Assembly (NCBI GenBank): GCA_021432655.1
Contig: MU271202.1
Span: 106,602 to 170,601 of the forward strand
Origin: Atractiella rhizophila
Lineage: Eukaryota
DNA: 64,000 nucleotides
Direction of reading: 5' to 3'
The notes under the pieces are model-generated. The model had not been told where the DNA came from, did no database searches, and saw nothing but the letters and a program-made list of their open reading frames with translations. Position numbers and translations under genes: made by a program. Positions within the stretch are counted from its first letter, which is position 1, and each line of letters opens with the position of its first letter. Below, piece after piece: positions 36,448-49,805 of this stretch.

Positions 36448-38040
36448 ATGTCGGTCCAATAGACCTTGGCACTCAATTACTGACTCGCGTATACCCCGTC
36501 TATATGCCGAAAGTTTTGTGTTCCATGCACGTAACTATTCTACTTGCATAGCGTATCAACAGATTATGGATAGAGTCTTCCAGTGCCTCTACGTGCATTT
36601 CTCGTACACAAAATTTCGGACATGTCGATTAGTTTGTCGAAAGTGGCGCTGTAGCAATGTGCAGACAAACCGAGAGTGCCAGGGAAAAAGCTTGGCTTTT
36701 GTTATTGGTTACCCATTTTTCAGAGGTTATGGTGTAGGTTGGATTACGACTCGGAAGATTGTGCAGCTTATATCAATCCGTTTCAGCTCTTGATGACCAT
36801 CGAGTTGATTCAACCAAAAATTATGAGGTCAGACTGTCACATCCCTCCAGTGAGCCGTCCAGGTGCATTTTGATTGCATTAGCGGATCTTGGAATTCTTT
36901 GGTTGGGAATATCAAGTCATATACTTTGTGCTTCACTTCATAGTAGATCTCGCTGTGTGTTGTCGTTCATTCACTTGTGACAATAGCCCTGCCCTGCTTC
37001 CGGCATCTATTGATGTGTCCAACAATGTCACACCTTTGAATCTAAAAACAACAGATGTCGAGTATGGAAGCCATCATTTCCTGGTCCCTTGCCTTCTCGA
37101 CAATCACAAAACCTGTTTACCCTTCGCATATTCTACAAACCTAGTAACATCTTCGATGTTAGCCAAATCGTGTTGAGAAGCTCACGGAGCTGTTCTACGT
37201 CAATTCAGTTGGGACGGCGGGCATGAACACGCGATATATTCCCAAATGCTTTTCTACCAGTTGATGACTTCAACAACTGTCTGTCAGCTAGACGTGAGGT
37301 TCTGTATTGTAGACTTCTTCGATTCCTCACTTGTATTCCTTAGTTCAACCAACGAGGACGGTGGCCCAGGATACATCTTACCTCTACTAGGCCGAGTGGA
37401 CCGACGAACGTTTGCAAGAGTTGGAATGTATGGATAAAAATCGACGCCTTCGCTTTGAACTCGATTATGGGAAAGATGGTAAAGACAAACATCACTTCGG
37501 TTACACGAGGCAGCTGAGTATCAGGTAGTATTTTAACGGGATGTTTGACTGGGATGTTTGACATGTCTATTATCACAGTGACAACCTCGTTGCGGTGCAT
37601 TTTATCACCGAAGTAGAAAGAGACACATCGTCTGCAATTCCTTATATTTACTCACACTACCTAGCACCACCCTTCTCCCATTCCTTTCAAATCACCGCCA
37701 TTCAAGCACCTTGAACTCAACTCTGCAATCATAATGTTCATGAGCTAAGACAAACGTTAGGAGCTCGTAGTAGAGTAATCAGGAGATTTGCTGCTACCTT
37801 GTGCCGCCAACGCTGTTCCCGTCGCATAAGGATCCCCATCATCAGTCCTTTCGATAACTGGTAGCGGTACCTGAAGGATTGGTTGAAGAATGTTCTGGAA
37901 GATGACGGGATTGCTACCGTCACGTCTTCTAGAATCCCTCTGGTGATATCGAGACATGACCTCCATGGTGGCATCATCACAGAGGTGCAATTGATCTTCC
38001 CGTAAACGCATCCAAACACTTTCAACTTCGAATCCCAATA
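36448..38040 (+). pseudogene. Degraded F-box (possibly F-box/LRR) gene
   Basis: Spliced F-box-like ITDSPYQQIMDRVFQCL...FRTCRLVCRKW followed by RLWCRL. The nearest upstream ATG is one base out of frame. Downstream LRR-like fragments (FKHLELN, ELVVE) are broken by stops and frameshifts. The 3' limit is uncertain. Confidence 0.55.
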
Positions 38041-38398
38041 GCGATTCCTGGGATTCTAGAAGAATTAAAAAAAGAGACAGAGGAATGGAAGCCACATCCG
38101 CAGTTCTGGGAAGCAGGAAGGAAGCGCTGTTTTGGGATTTCAGCATGCTGCGGTTGCGACCGACTGAATTGCGGAAGGAGGCAATCTAAGCGGACGGATC
38201 CGGGCAACACTGCAGATCTCCCATTTGAGTTTCAGTTGCCACCAATTTCTTTTCTTCTGGCATTTTCCATCATCACCTTCAATTCTTCGCTCACTCCATC
38301 CCACCCCTCCCTCCACCACCGCACCCACCAGCGACCCCCGCCTTCGGTGGCTGCAGATAAATAAAGTGGATTCCATTAATTCAAGGACGGGGCTACTC

Positions 38399-41300
38399 AT
38401 GACCTCTCGCTCGAATCGTACACGGTCAGGGGCAGAGGGAGGTGGCAGGACTGCGTCTGAGTCTGAAGGGGGGAGGTCGAGTTCGAAGTCGGAGGAGAAG
38501 CAAAGGAAGAAGCGGAGGAGGCCGCCCATTAGCCCAACTGGGTTATCACTGGCAGTGGAGGACCCCGAATCGACAAGCATCCCAATGATCGATCCATCCG
38601 GCTCATCAACCCCTGCCATCACCGGACTTCATAAGCCTCCCCTCATACGCGCCGCGTCTGGTCTTCCATTACCTGTATCCACTCTCACTTCGACTTCCCC
38701 TCCCTCCGCATTCGCCTCGCAGCCGCCGATGCCCATAGTGAAGGCGAGGGATCATGAGGTGGAGAAGGTGAGGAAGAAGGCGAAGAGGCGGAGCTCATCG
38801 GTGATAAAGAGGAAGAAGAGGGGTGTCAATGAGCCTGTTAGGAAGGAAGAGGACGATGTCGAGCTGGGACATATGGGTGGTTCAGGAACGGGGAAGACTT
38901 TGATCTTCGCCCCAGACAGTTGGAAGGTCAGACTGAAAAGATGGGGACGGAAGGTGTTTTATGCTTCTACGCCTTCGTACGTTTCCTTCAACCCCTGTGC
39001 ATGCATCATGCGCCGATTGTAATGTTTGATTGACGTGTTGCAGAGATTCATTACAGAATACTCTGACGGCGGACAGCACCAGTTACGGAAGCAGTGATTG
39101 GGAGGATAAGCAATATCGGAAGAGCGAGAGGTTAAAGGAGGAGGACGAAGATCAAGAGTGGAAGGTTTGTTGATTTCCCGTCCATCCATCTCTCCACGCC
39201 ATGAACAGACGCAGGACGTGCTAACTTGTTTTCGGAATGGAAAAGGTGGATAACGTAGTCGTTGACTCCAACTACGACGAGATTACCTCCCGCGCGGAGA
39301 GCACGAGGGACGATTCGGAGAGCAGGAGCGTCACGGGAGGCCAGCCGGCGCATAGCGAGATCAGCGAGAGCTTGGGGAGAGTGCATTATTGGAGAACCTG
39401 GAGAGTACGTATTTCCTCCTCCCTCGAAGCAGCTTGTACTCCACTCCAAGAAAGAAAAATGCTGATCACATCATCGCTTGTGTAGGCACTCGCCCATCAT
39501 GTCAACGAATTCTTTAACCCCAAGTTCGACATTCCGGTCCGTACATCTCTCATCACACTTATTGCTCAGTTCCTTGGATTGAAGTGTTTGTTGACGGTTT
39601 AGGAATGGGAGGAAAAGTTCCAAAAGGAGCGCTGGCACACATACAAATTCTTCGCCTGGTTTGCTTGCGCCTTTCTCATCGTCAATTGGATCCTGTATCT
39701 CATCTTGAACCACTCTCACACCCTCTACGAGAAAATCGCTTATTGCATGTCCCGCCCTCCCTTTCTCAACTCTTAAAAGAGAATGCTAATTTTGGCTCCA
39801 TTGGGCTTGCTTGCTGGATTAGATGGTATCGGCACGGCTCTCACTGTTCCTCTCCCGTTTCTCATCGCTGCAAATGGGCCACGAAAACACCCCATGAAGT
39901 TTCAGGTTCGCATTCACCTCTTCCCTATACACCCTCGCCCTCACACCTTGGCAAACCTTTAACGGCAACTGAGCACCGGGGAACAGGTACTCGTCATGTT
40001 CTCATCCTGGTTCTGGGGCGTGTCAGAAGTGATCGAAATCTACGAATGCCACTTTTTCCCCAACCACAAAGCCTGTCATGGAAAGGACTTCCTGTTCATG
40101 ATGACCTATTCCATCGCACTTCCCACCCTTGCGCTCTTCAGTTTCAACCAGAAACGATTCTTCTACCTCTTCGGAGCCACCGTTCAGTTCTTACTCATCT
40201 GCATCCTCATCTTACCCCGACAGAAAATCTTCACGAGGAACGGTGGTGCGTCTTTTCTTTCCCCTCTTCTGTCCTCTCGACTGCCCTGCAGCTTCCCCTT
40301 TCCTTGTCATGTTTCTCTCCGCGGTTGAGAGGATTGGACTAATGGGTGCTGATGAACTAGTCTCCTTCGTGTTGTTCGTCTTCTTCTTCTCCGTCCTCCA
40401 CTACCTCCAAGAACAAGTGGACCGCCGTGGTTTCTCGTCCAAGACCGAGCTGGCGCGTTCCTGGCGTGCTCAACAACGGGCGCAGATAGCAGAACGGGTG
40501 CGTCCCTCCCTCCGGCGATTAAAGAGATAAATACACGAACTGATAAATTCCTGGATGATGGATAGGCCGCCGCGGATTCAAAGAAGAAATTCGTGTCGTA
40601 CATCTTCCATGAAGTTCGTGTCCCCCTCAATTCGGCAATGTTGGCATTTCAGAATTTGGAGGTCAATGATGTCTTTAAACATTGTTGTGAGCCCCCTTTC
40701 GCTTTCAGTGAGCAGTAGGGAAAAGAAACGCTGACGAGTTGTTGGGATACAGTGGGAAAGGACCAAGAAGTGGAGGTCCATGCTCTGTTGGGTAGTTTGA
40801 AGGCGATGAAGACGGTCTTGGACGATGTTCTCGGTTCGCCCCCTGCCCTTCATCGCATTGAACTCTTTCGCTGACCTAAGTATTCCTCATAGATTTCAAC
40901 AGAATGGATGCGGGTAAATTCATCTCCAATCCCGCCCCTTTCCACTTCCATCGGTCGATCGAGGCCATGCTTGGTACACTGAAGAGCGCGGCGTCGGCGA
41001 AGAATCTCAAGCTGCACATTGATTTCGATGAGCGGATTGACAAGGTAGTGTCTAAGAGACCTGGGCAAGAGAAAGGTGCCATGGTCGTGGGTGACGTGAT
41101 GAGATTGAGACAAGTGATAACGAACTTGACTTCAAATGCGGTCCGCCTCTCCTCCTTCAAATCTCGTATTTTTGACTAAGGTGATGGAACGTTGCTTGGA
41201 ATGGATAGGCCAAGTTCACGCCGGAAGGAAAGGGTTCGATACGGGTCAAAACTGAACTCATCTATCCTACACCGGAACATCCACATCCTCCTGGTCCCGA

Positions 41301-42983
41301 AGAGACGCAGGAGGAGGAGAGGAAAGGCATTCAATTCCTCGATGCGGGTGGAGAATCGTCTCTCCTGACCCGCTTAAACTTGGCAACGAAGGTGAAAGAT
41401 TTCGCGGCTAGCGCCAGTGCGTGGACGGATGGAGGGGAGGAACAGGAGCAGAGGATGGTCACGGCTTCTGCGCGGCCGGAGGATGGAGTCGGAATAAACG
41501 ATGAAGTGCGGAGGAGCAGTATGATCGTCAAGATCTCTGTTACAGACGCAGGTCCAGGAATACGACGTGAGCCTCTCTTCTGTTTCGACTAAGTGAGTGG
41601 AATTGCTGAGTTGCGGCCATGGGTGAAGCGAGCGATTTGCACGAAAGCAAGCTATTCTCGCCTTATTCTCAAGCAAGGTTAGGAAGGGAGAGCAACACAG
41701 GCTCAGGTTTGGGACTGGCAATCGTGCGACAAATCGGTATGTTGTTTCGTCCCCCTTTAGCTCACTCAACCAAAAGCATGTTGGGATAGTGACGCTCATG
41801 GGAGGTCGGCTGGGTGTCAAGTCTCAGCGAAACAGTGGATCGACGTTTTGGGTCGAGTTCATGTACAGGTTAGCGACGAAGGAGGAAGTAGAGAGGCAAC
41901 GGCAGCTGGGGAAAGACTCGTTCCTGCCCTACACTCTGGAAGAAGACGATGCAACGACGCCAAACGAATCGCCTCTGACCAATCGAAACACTTCCCTCCC
42001 GTCACCGCCTTTTCCATCCCCTGTCTTCTCTCGAGCTTCTACAACAACCATGACGAATACGACTGACCCGAACGACTCACAAGCGGATCTGTTGAGTAGG
42101 ATGCGGATCGTGGAAGAGCCTTCTCAGGCTCATGAGAAAGTTGTTGAGAGGGAGAAGGCAGACATCGAGCTCCGTCCGCTCACTCCTCCTTTGGCGGTTC
42201 ACTTACCGCACCGGCCGCACTCTGAACCTATACCTCCAGATGTTCCTCCAAACGAGGTCGAGGTTGGGAAGTTGGTCGTGAAGCGTGCTGGTTCTGGAGG
42301 AAGTGATAGAGAGATATTGTCCGCTGGCGCTCCTGAACGTCAGCCTACCACACCTACACCTGCTGTTCAAAAACTGCAGGTTCTAGTCGTGGATGGTTCG
42401 TCTCTATTCTATACTGACGAAGTGAACTTTAAGAACCTTTGTCTTTTAGATGATCCACTGACGAGAACGTTGATGAGCCGGATGCTCACGAAATTAGGCT
42501 GCGAAGTGACACAAGCCGAGGATGGGAAGCAGGCTTATGACCTACTCATGTTTCCTAAATACTTCGATATGGTCTGTCCATCTCTCCTATCGCGAACAAA
42601 TCGGTAGCTGAAGCTTGGACTGAAGGTCACTCTCGATAACATGATGCCAGTGATGACAGGGGAGCAGACGATCAAGAAGCTCCGAAGCATGGGACGGACG
42701 GATTTCGTCGTTGGCGCCACGGGGAACGCATTACGGGAAGACCAAACTGGATATATAAAGGCCGGGGCGAATCAGGTGCTCACGAAACCTGTTTTGATCA
42801 AGGACGTCAAGGCCATGCTTCAGATTGCTCAATGTACGCTCCTCCCCCTATTCTTGTTGAGAAATATGGGTTGATATTTGAGCCATAGCGAATCGAGGCA
42901 TCCACCCTTGCCCTCAACCTACTTTCGATGATGAGCTCGTCGTTGCAGAACCACCAACATCAGAAGACAACGCTGGCTCATGA
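38399..42983 (+). CDS. Membrane-bound hybrid histidine kinase (TM region, HisKA, HATPase, receiver)
   Basis: H-box FVSYIFHEVRVPLN; N-box RLRQVITNLTSNA; G1 VTDAGPGI; G2 GSGLGLAIV; GSTFWV; receiver VLVVDD, LDNMMPVMTG, GATGNA and LTKPV; several hydrophobic segments upstream. Confidence 0.92.
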
Positions 42984-43527
42984 CAAAACATCACGACATT
43001 GTCCGCCTAGCCTTTTACGCCTTTTACAGAGTAGGATTCGGTTTCAAAATCACGTTTCGAGTTTCACTTCGTTCTGCCACCAATAAGTGCATCTCTTTGG
43101 CGTTTTCTCGCTTCGAGTTTTGAATCGATTGGTTCGGTCCTCTTTCAGTCGAATATTCAACTTCCATTTCACCTTGGGCTCAACATTTCCACCACACACG
43201 CACGCGATACCCATATTTCAAAAGTGTTCATGTTTGGTTCATCGATGAATGAGAGAGTCATTTAGTATGCTTTACTGGTGGTTGTAGCAGATAGCGATAG
43301 ATTCATTAATTATATGCACGGGATTTGAATGTCTCCTCCTACTAAAATCAACGAACTCTGATAGCCAGGAAAGACCAGTTGTAGTCTCGCCGGACATTAC
43401 GGAATTTCTTAAGGTGGGAACCAGAAGCGTACAACGCGGTTAGCTGCAGCAGCTGAACAACGACTCACCTTCACAGCTCCTGACCTCACCCACTCATCCC
43501 ACTCATCCATACCCTACACAGCACACA

Positions 43528-44402
43528 ATGGCTTTGGTACGTTCTCTCCTTCTATGGGCTGGTACAAGGAAAGGGCTGATTGTGAGCGTTGATCGGAACA
43601 GGACAGGCTGAAAGTTGTACGTCTCCTGATAGCCCATCGGAAGAAGAAAGACACTGATTGGACTGGATGGTGCGCTCGTTGTGCTCTGCGATGGACGAAA
43701 TTGGTTAGAAAATGAACGAGATCCGGGAAGAAGCGGATCGGTACCTGGCTCGCGCAGAGGAGGCAGAGTCGAAGGTGAAGAAGCAAGATCAGGTACGTCC
43801 TGCCCTCAATTTGTCATTGTGTCGGAGTCGGGTGGTATGATGGGATGTGAGCTGATGTGAGGGGATGGGATGGGATGGGATGGTGGTTGTAGGAATTGAT
43901 GCAGAAGGATCAAGAGATCGTTTCGCTCCAACACAAAGTCTCCATCCTCGAAACCGACCTCGATAAGGCTGAAGCGAAGCTTTCGGACGCCAAACAGGCC
44001 AAGGACGATGAGGAGACTCATAAGTCGACGAATGAGAACTTGCAGAGGAAGATCGCGCTTTTGGAGAGCGAGCTGGACAATGCGGAGAAGAATCTGAGGG
44101 AGACCACTGAGAAGTGCGTCCTTTCCTATCTCTCAACTCTTGGCATATGGTATTGATGTGATGGATGATTAGGTTAAGACAGGTGGATGTGAAGGCGGAA
44201 CACTTTGAGAGACAGGTTCAAAGGATTGAAGCGGAGAGGGATAACTGGGAGAAGAAGTACGAAGAGAGCCAACAGAAGTATTTGGATTCGAAGAAGGAGT
44301 TGGAGGAGGTCGTCGGCCAACTCGAGAACGTGCGTCCTCCTTCCTCTTCCTCAAGCCATCTATGCAGACTAACGCTAACTTGGGTCGTTGGCACAGCTCT
44401 AA
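43528..44402 (+). CDS. Tropomyosin (Tpm1/Cdc8-like)
   Basis: Spliced MALDRLKVKMNEIREEAD...QKDQEIVSLQHK...NENLQRKIALLESELD...LRETTEKLRQVDVKAEHFERQV...ELEEVVGQLENL*. Confidence 0.92.
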
Positions 44403-44819
44403 GAATACCTGCTTATACTAGCCCTTATCGCTTCTTTTTGGTCCGCGAGTCTTGTTCTGTACCGAATCCAACAACCAATCGAATAAATTGTTCCCTCTCG
44501 TTACCTTCTTCCACGGATAATCGTCCTTGACGTTTTGTTTCATTATATCGAAGAATCTCCCTGCCGTTTCCTCTTCTCGCAGAGTGACTTTACACCGATG
44601 AGGATCTGGAGATAGAAATACAACAAATTGAAATCGAACTTATGTACAGGAGCACGAACTCGAACCCGAAAAGCAGGCGTCTATGTGTGCACTGATCGGG
44701 TAACGTAGTGATGGATGAGATTATTTTGATTGAAGAAATGATCAGCAAGAACCAATTGCTCAAGAGTAAGAGTGACAAAGAGTAACGAAGGAGAGAAAGG
44801 TAAGGACGATGCAGGGCGG

Positions 44820-45980
44820 TTATGAGGAAAGTTCTTTTTGTCCCTGTTTCCACCTCTGAAAGATGCCCTCGACTATGCCTTCGAACTCTTCCCGATTCGT
44901 CTGGGCATAGATCGCAAAGGCGAGCCCAAACGCGGCGAGGACGATGATCCACCTGAATTGATCGATTATCTCTGCGCTCCAACATCAGAACCAAGTACGA
45001 TGGATGGATTGGATGAAGGAGTAGAAGCAGACGGACCCCTGATCCCTACCCCTGCGCTCTCTCCCTTCTCCCACTTCTCCCACACCTTCGTCCTCCTCGC
45101 TCGATCCTCCAGGCCCCTCATCCTCCACCCCCACGTCGCGCTGCCGCCCCACCAATCGACCATCTTCCTCTTCCCCGTGTGATAGACCAACAAATTAGGG
45201 ACGCCGAGCACCCCGTACTTCTCTGCGAGGAACACCCGGGAATAGGGACGGGTGTATTGGGCGCCGGTGGGGTCTTCGAGGGAGAGGGAGAAGTCGAGGT
45301 CGGGTTCGAAGGGGAGGAGGAAGGATTCGTTCCGGGAGAGCGGGGGGAGAGGGGTGGTGTCGGATGGGTCGCGGTCGGAGGGGAGGTTCGAACCGTCGTT
45401 CCATCTGAACGTGAAGGTGCACGCGTGGTTAGGTTAGGGCAGACGGAGATGAGGAGATGAGACGTACTCCATCGCTAGCCATTCTCGGCCTAGGACGTTT
45501 GCGTGATATGTCTTCTCGTCGGTGTCCACTGACACATACACAAGCTTGAAACGGTGGGGCTGCCAACGAGCAAAGTCGAGCAGGCCCTGCAACACATCTC
45601 CATCAACCTCCCTCATAACGTAACCAAGTGGGAAGCGAGCCCACCTTGTAAGCCTCGACACTGCTTCTCGTCCAACTAGCAGCGAACAGAAACCCCACTG
45701 CCTTCACATCGCTCCCCAGCTCCTTCATAAGATCGACCTCCTCCCCCCTCCCATTCCTCAGCCTCAACCTCCTCAACAGCGGATCGGGATGTGTATACAG
45801 CCTCTGGGGCACGCCCTCCTCATCTCTCTGCGACATCGTTCTCTTCAAGCTCGACTTTCTCGGCTGCACCGCTGGTCTAGACGCTGAGCTGGGGCTCGTG
45901 GTGCTGTTGATGGCCGTGGGTGGCGCAGGCTGGAGGGGGACGGCGTTGAAGGACACTCGACGGGCGGCAGGCGGGGACAT
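44820..45980 (-). CDS. Thioredoxin-fold (nucleoredoxin/tryparedoxin-like) protein lacking CxxC, with a C-terminal TM helix
   Basis: VKAVGFLFAASWTRSS, FKLVYVSVDTDE, WLAM and LAEKYGVLGVPNLLV. The last exon after intron 44972-45036 encodes WIIVLAAFGLAFAIYA. Confidence 0.78.
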
Positions 45981-47276
45981 AAAAGGAAGAGGTGGAAGCG
46001 AGTGCGCGTCGTTGGCTGGCTTCCCGAGGCCGGGAGAACTTTGGTGTCGCGTGAGTGCCGCTGGGAGGCGCAAGACTTCGTAAGAAAATTAGCCGCTCTG
46101 ACGTGGTGGTCGTCCCGGTGGATCGCCCGATGGTAACGCCGAGTAGGGCAAGACGATTAATATTACGTTTACGTTATGAATACACTCTTACGCGGAGCAG
46201 AGCTATAAGGCTACGGAAGGGAGAAGGGAACATGACAGTGATAGGAATAGGAACTGAGTTGACTTATGTGAGTTTCTTCAACAGGAAGCGTGAAATCGCG
46301 TTTTATGTCTTGACTTACGTCCGGGAGGAGCATTTTCGTTGAATCTCGAGTACGAATCGCCGGAGTCAGCTTCCATGCATTCAATACCCTGCTACTTGAG
46401 AATGGGGTGGCAAACTTTGAGCTTTGATATGACTATTGTACTTTGTGGTGTGATTGCGCTACTTATGTTGGACAGTCTAGCGTTTAGAATTTAATCGTCC
46501 GAAAGGATTTAGAGGTGTGAAAGCAAGAATGCATGTCAAGCCTGAGCGGTACCATTGTGTTTTTGACAGTCAAGCACTAAATGCGAAATCAATTTTCGCT
46601 TCGAACGCGGGCATATACCATTCTTGGTCATTCTTCACATCGTTTGCCAATTTAGACCCTGATCACATTTCGGAGAGAGAAGGGTTGTATACCAAGGGAC
46701 CTATTGGTAGGCCCTTCCTTCTGTATGAATCAGAATTCACATTCAGCAACGGAGTGATTGCGAGGGCACCAGCCACACCAACAATCTTCTTCCGCGATTG
46801 TTCGCTTATAACTGGGGATACGTCTCGTTGCTCTTCCTGCAGCTTTTCTCCAGTTATTTCTTGGGTATCGGTTCGCTTGTCGCACTGTGATCATGTGGAT
46901 CTGAAACATTTTAGCAAGTATCTTTATTCTGCGAATAACAGAATAGACATGTCTTACATATTGTATGATTGGAAATCTAGGATGATGGTGCGGCAATCAG
47001 TAAGACTCAATGCTAGTTCTCCTTCCAGTTGCCTGGCGCGCTTATACGTGTCGTTAACTACTTCATATTCTCTGCCGTATGTTTGTTGTCGTGAGGGTCG
47101 ACATGGCCTGATGTTTACGTCGCCCATTTTGCTCAAGTTGGTTTAAGACAATGAGCAAGGTCAAAGGTTACAAAAGTATTTTAAAAGTGGCGCGGGCTGC
47201 ACTAGTCATTCCTGAGGCAGGATGCTTTGATAAGATCTCAACATGATCATCTGTAATATGGACTCTCAAAATGCGT

Positions 47277-49805
47277 TCACAAGACAGCTCGAGGCATCTT
47301 CTTCATTGCCTATTGCCTTCCTCAGATCACTCAAAATTCAGGATAGAGGAGAACGCACCTGTCTCACGAATAGATCGGCTAAGACCTCCTCTGACCCACC
47401 CCTTCATTTGGAGCACTGTATCAGAGTTTTATCCCCTATAACGGTGATTTTACTCACAAAACGGAATCAAATTTATACGTGCGTTGGAACTGTTCAATGT
47501 AAACACCCATTCCCTTCAGAGGAGTCAATTTTAAGCACATGAAATGTAGGTAGACGGGACACTTACCGTGGCTGTGATTCCACGACCACCGAAAACTGCG
47601 GGTGTTGTTAATATTATCCAAATGGACAATGGTTAGACCCTTACTTTGAACTGCTTCGTCGGCAATTTCTCCTCCTGCCCGACTCAGAAAATGCTTCAAT
47701 CCAGCCATTGGGCCGGCCAGAAACTCAGACTGTTGTGCGTAGTTCATGTTACACATTTGGTCTACGGCCCCTAAAGTTAGCCCTATCAAAAGCACGAAAA
47801 GGGACGACATGCGCGTGATGGTTTCAAGCCATGACTGTCCAGCTTCAACTTTGGCAAACATGTGCGCAAACCTGTTAAGAAGAGTTTAGTGCCACCAAAA
47901 TTTAGAGCATGGCGCACTTTTGACGAATGGCAGGCTGATCGATCAACCTTTTGCCAAACACTTTCCGCAGGTGAGCCCACTTAAAGCACTCCTCGACAAT
48001 CAACCTCGAATAACGTGCGATCCCTGTATCGGCACCTTTTAGGCTATAGGCTCTTCGTAGTCAAACGCCATTTACGTACGACAGCATATCATCCATCGCT
48101 CGTGTACAAAATTTGAGAGAATGACCTATTCTGCGTGTGTCAATTTTGCATAAGGAAAGTATTTGACACACCTTCAGGCCATTGTTCTCTCCTCCTAAGC
48201 AGTATTCAACTGGTACTTTAACTCCCTGATGCAAATGCAATTAAAACAACGACGAAAGCAAGTGATGGATTACCTCGAACTTCACGAATGCGGTACCAGC
48301 GGCTAGAGAGTATGATGTTCGGATTGGCGTTGTTTCCACTTAACCCTGTGTGAGATGCTTGAGGAGCAGCAGGAGGAAAGGAGTACCTTCTTCTGTACGA
48401 GGGATGAGAATCATGGATAGTGCATCCTCTGACGTTCGGCATCCAGTCATGAACCAATCGCTCTGACAGATCGTTCGGCAACAGTATTGGATCAAAATAG
48501 GTAGAAACAAAGCTCACAAATAATCCGTTTGTAACTGCATATTAATGGGTCATCAGAACACTCTTCCTTTAGAGAGGCAAGGCATACTCCATTTCTTCGA
48601 GCCTATGCCTTGGTTAACTGTGGTACAAGGAAAGGTAAAGCATTTTGCATACCAGTAACAATATAATGTTTTCCATCCGGTGTCTTTCTCGCCCACGTCT
48701 TCATTCCTGCACAGGTGTTATGACCGCATCTGCTGACGAAGGAAGAAGCAAAGCGTCGTACCGCGTACATCCGAACCTGCCATCGCCTCTGATATAGCTA
48801 GAGAGATGAATTTTTCTCCTTTCAGTATGTCTGGCAGGACCTTTGCCTTGAGCTCTGGTGATCCAAAATTGAGCACGGGAGGCTATGCCACTTGGGGTCA
48901 GTATACTGCAGAACGAAGCACAGAACAACTACCAATCCTATGACCATCCCTGCATTCAGGCCAGCCATGTATCCTGGCGCCCCAATGCGCACCAGTTCCT
49001 GAACAACTACCTGTTATCCAGAGGATGTCAGATCACGTCCAAGGAAAGTTGCGACTTGCCAGCTCATGGAAGTAATTAAACTCCTCCCCCTTCACCCCTC
49101 CAGGCAAAACCTTGCCATGAAGGTGTCGGCCAGGTCCCATGCGCATAGCGTGCAATTCCCACCTGCAAAACGGGTTTACCCATTCTCAGCATCCAGTCGA
49201 AGAGAAGCTTACTCTGGGCTTCCCATCAACTTCATCAATTCAGGAGTCGGTCTTTCCGCGCTCTTTTCATGATCGAGCGCTTCTTCCTTAACATAGGTAT
49301 CAAAGAAGTATCGCACCCTCTCTTGCAACCTGTAATGGGAGTTGTTAAAGTACGGAGACTTGTATCCTTTCGTCAACCAGAGTGGCTCTGCGAAAGGAAC
49401 GAGAGAGAGTTCCCCAGGAGACGGGAGGACATAAGTCTTCGGTTTCGCGTTCTCGTTTGAAGAAACGAGACGACCTATCCGATACCGCTTATACCGGTCT
49501 AGGATGGACGAGCGGTGGAGGCCAAAGAAGACTTCGGTGGAATCACGCCCAGCTGTACCAATAGGATGAGCAGAGAGGGAGACACAAGAAGACGCACAAA
49601 CCGATGTCCTTTGCCAGCAAGACAGCCTTTCCCCCCGGATGCATGTCTGCAAACGAAGTTAGGTCCCACACGTCGCCATTGATGATAGTCCACAGCGAGT
49701 CTTCTGAGGCGTGCTTTTTGTCATGATCAGCCTCAGGCTTATTCCAAGAAGCGAGTATACCTTCGCAACTTCCTCAATTGAGATCTCTTTCGCCGGCGAG
49801 GCCAT
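47277..49805 (-). CDS. Acyl-CoA dehydrogenase with an N-terminal cytochrome b5-like domain; many introns
   Basis: b5 motifs LWTIINGDVWDLTSFADMHPGG and GRDSTEVF; ACAD motifs SLAISEAMAGSDV, GSKKWITNG, NFVHERW, RKVFGKRLIDQP, VQIFGGRGIT and LGGSEEVLADL. Hand splicing gives an intact frame. Confidence 0.9.

Noticed and set aside
37860..38010. YLKDWLKNVLEDDGI...RHDLHGG resembling a tyrosine recombinase fragment
   Set aside because: The catalytic H-x-x-R and Tyr motifs are missing and there are no element termini. It is more simply the tail of the decayed F-box locus.
43010..43032. GCCTTTTAC twice, matching U5 snRNA loop 1
   Set aside because: There is no convincing U5 stem or Sm-site context. It is a short tandem duplication in the kinase 3'UTR.
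47330..47861. Fragments that first suggested an Argonaute PAZ domain (IEQFQRTYK)
   Set aside because: They splice cleanly into the C-terminus of the acyl-CoA dehydrogenase.
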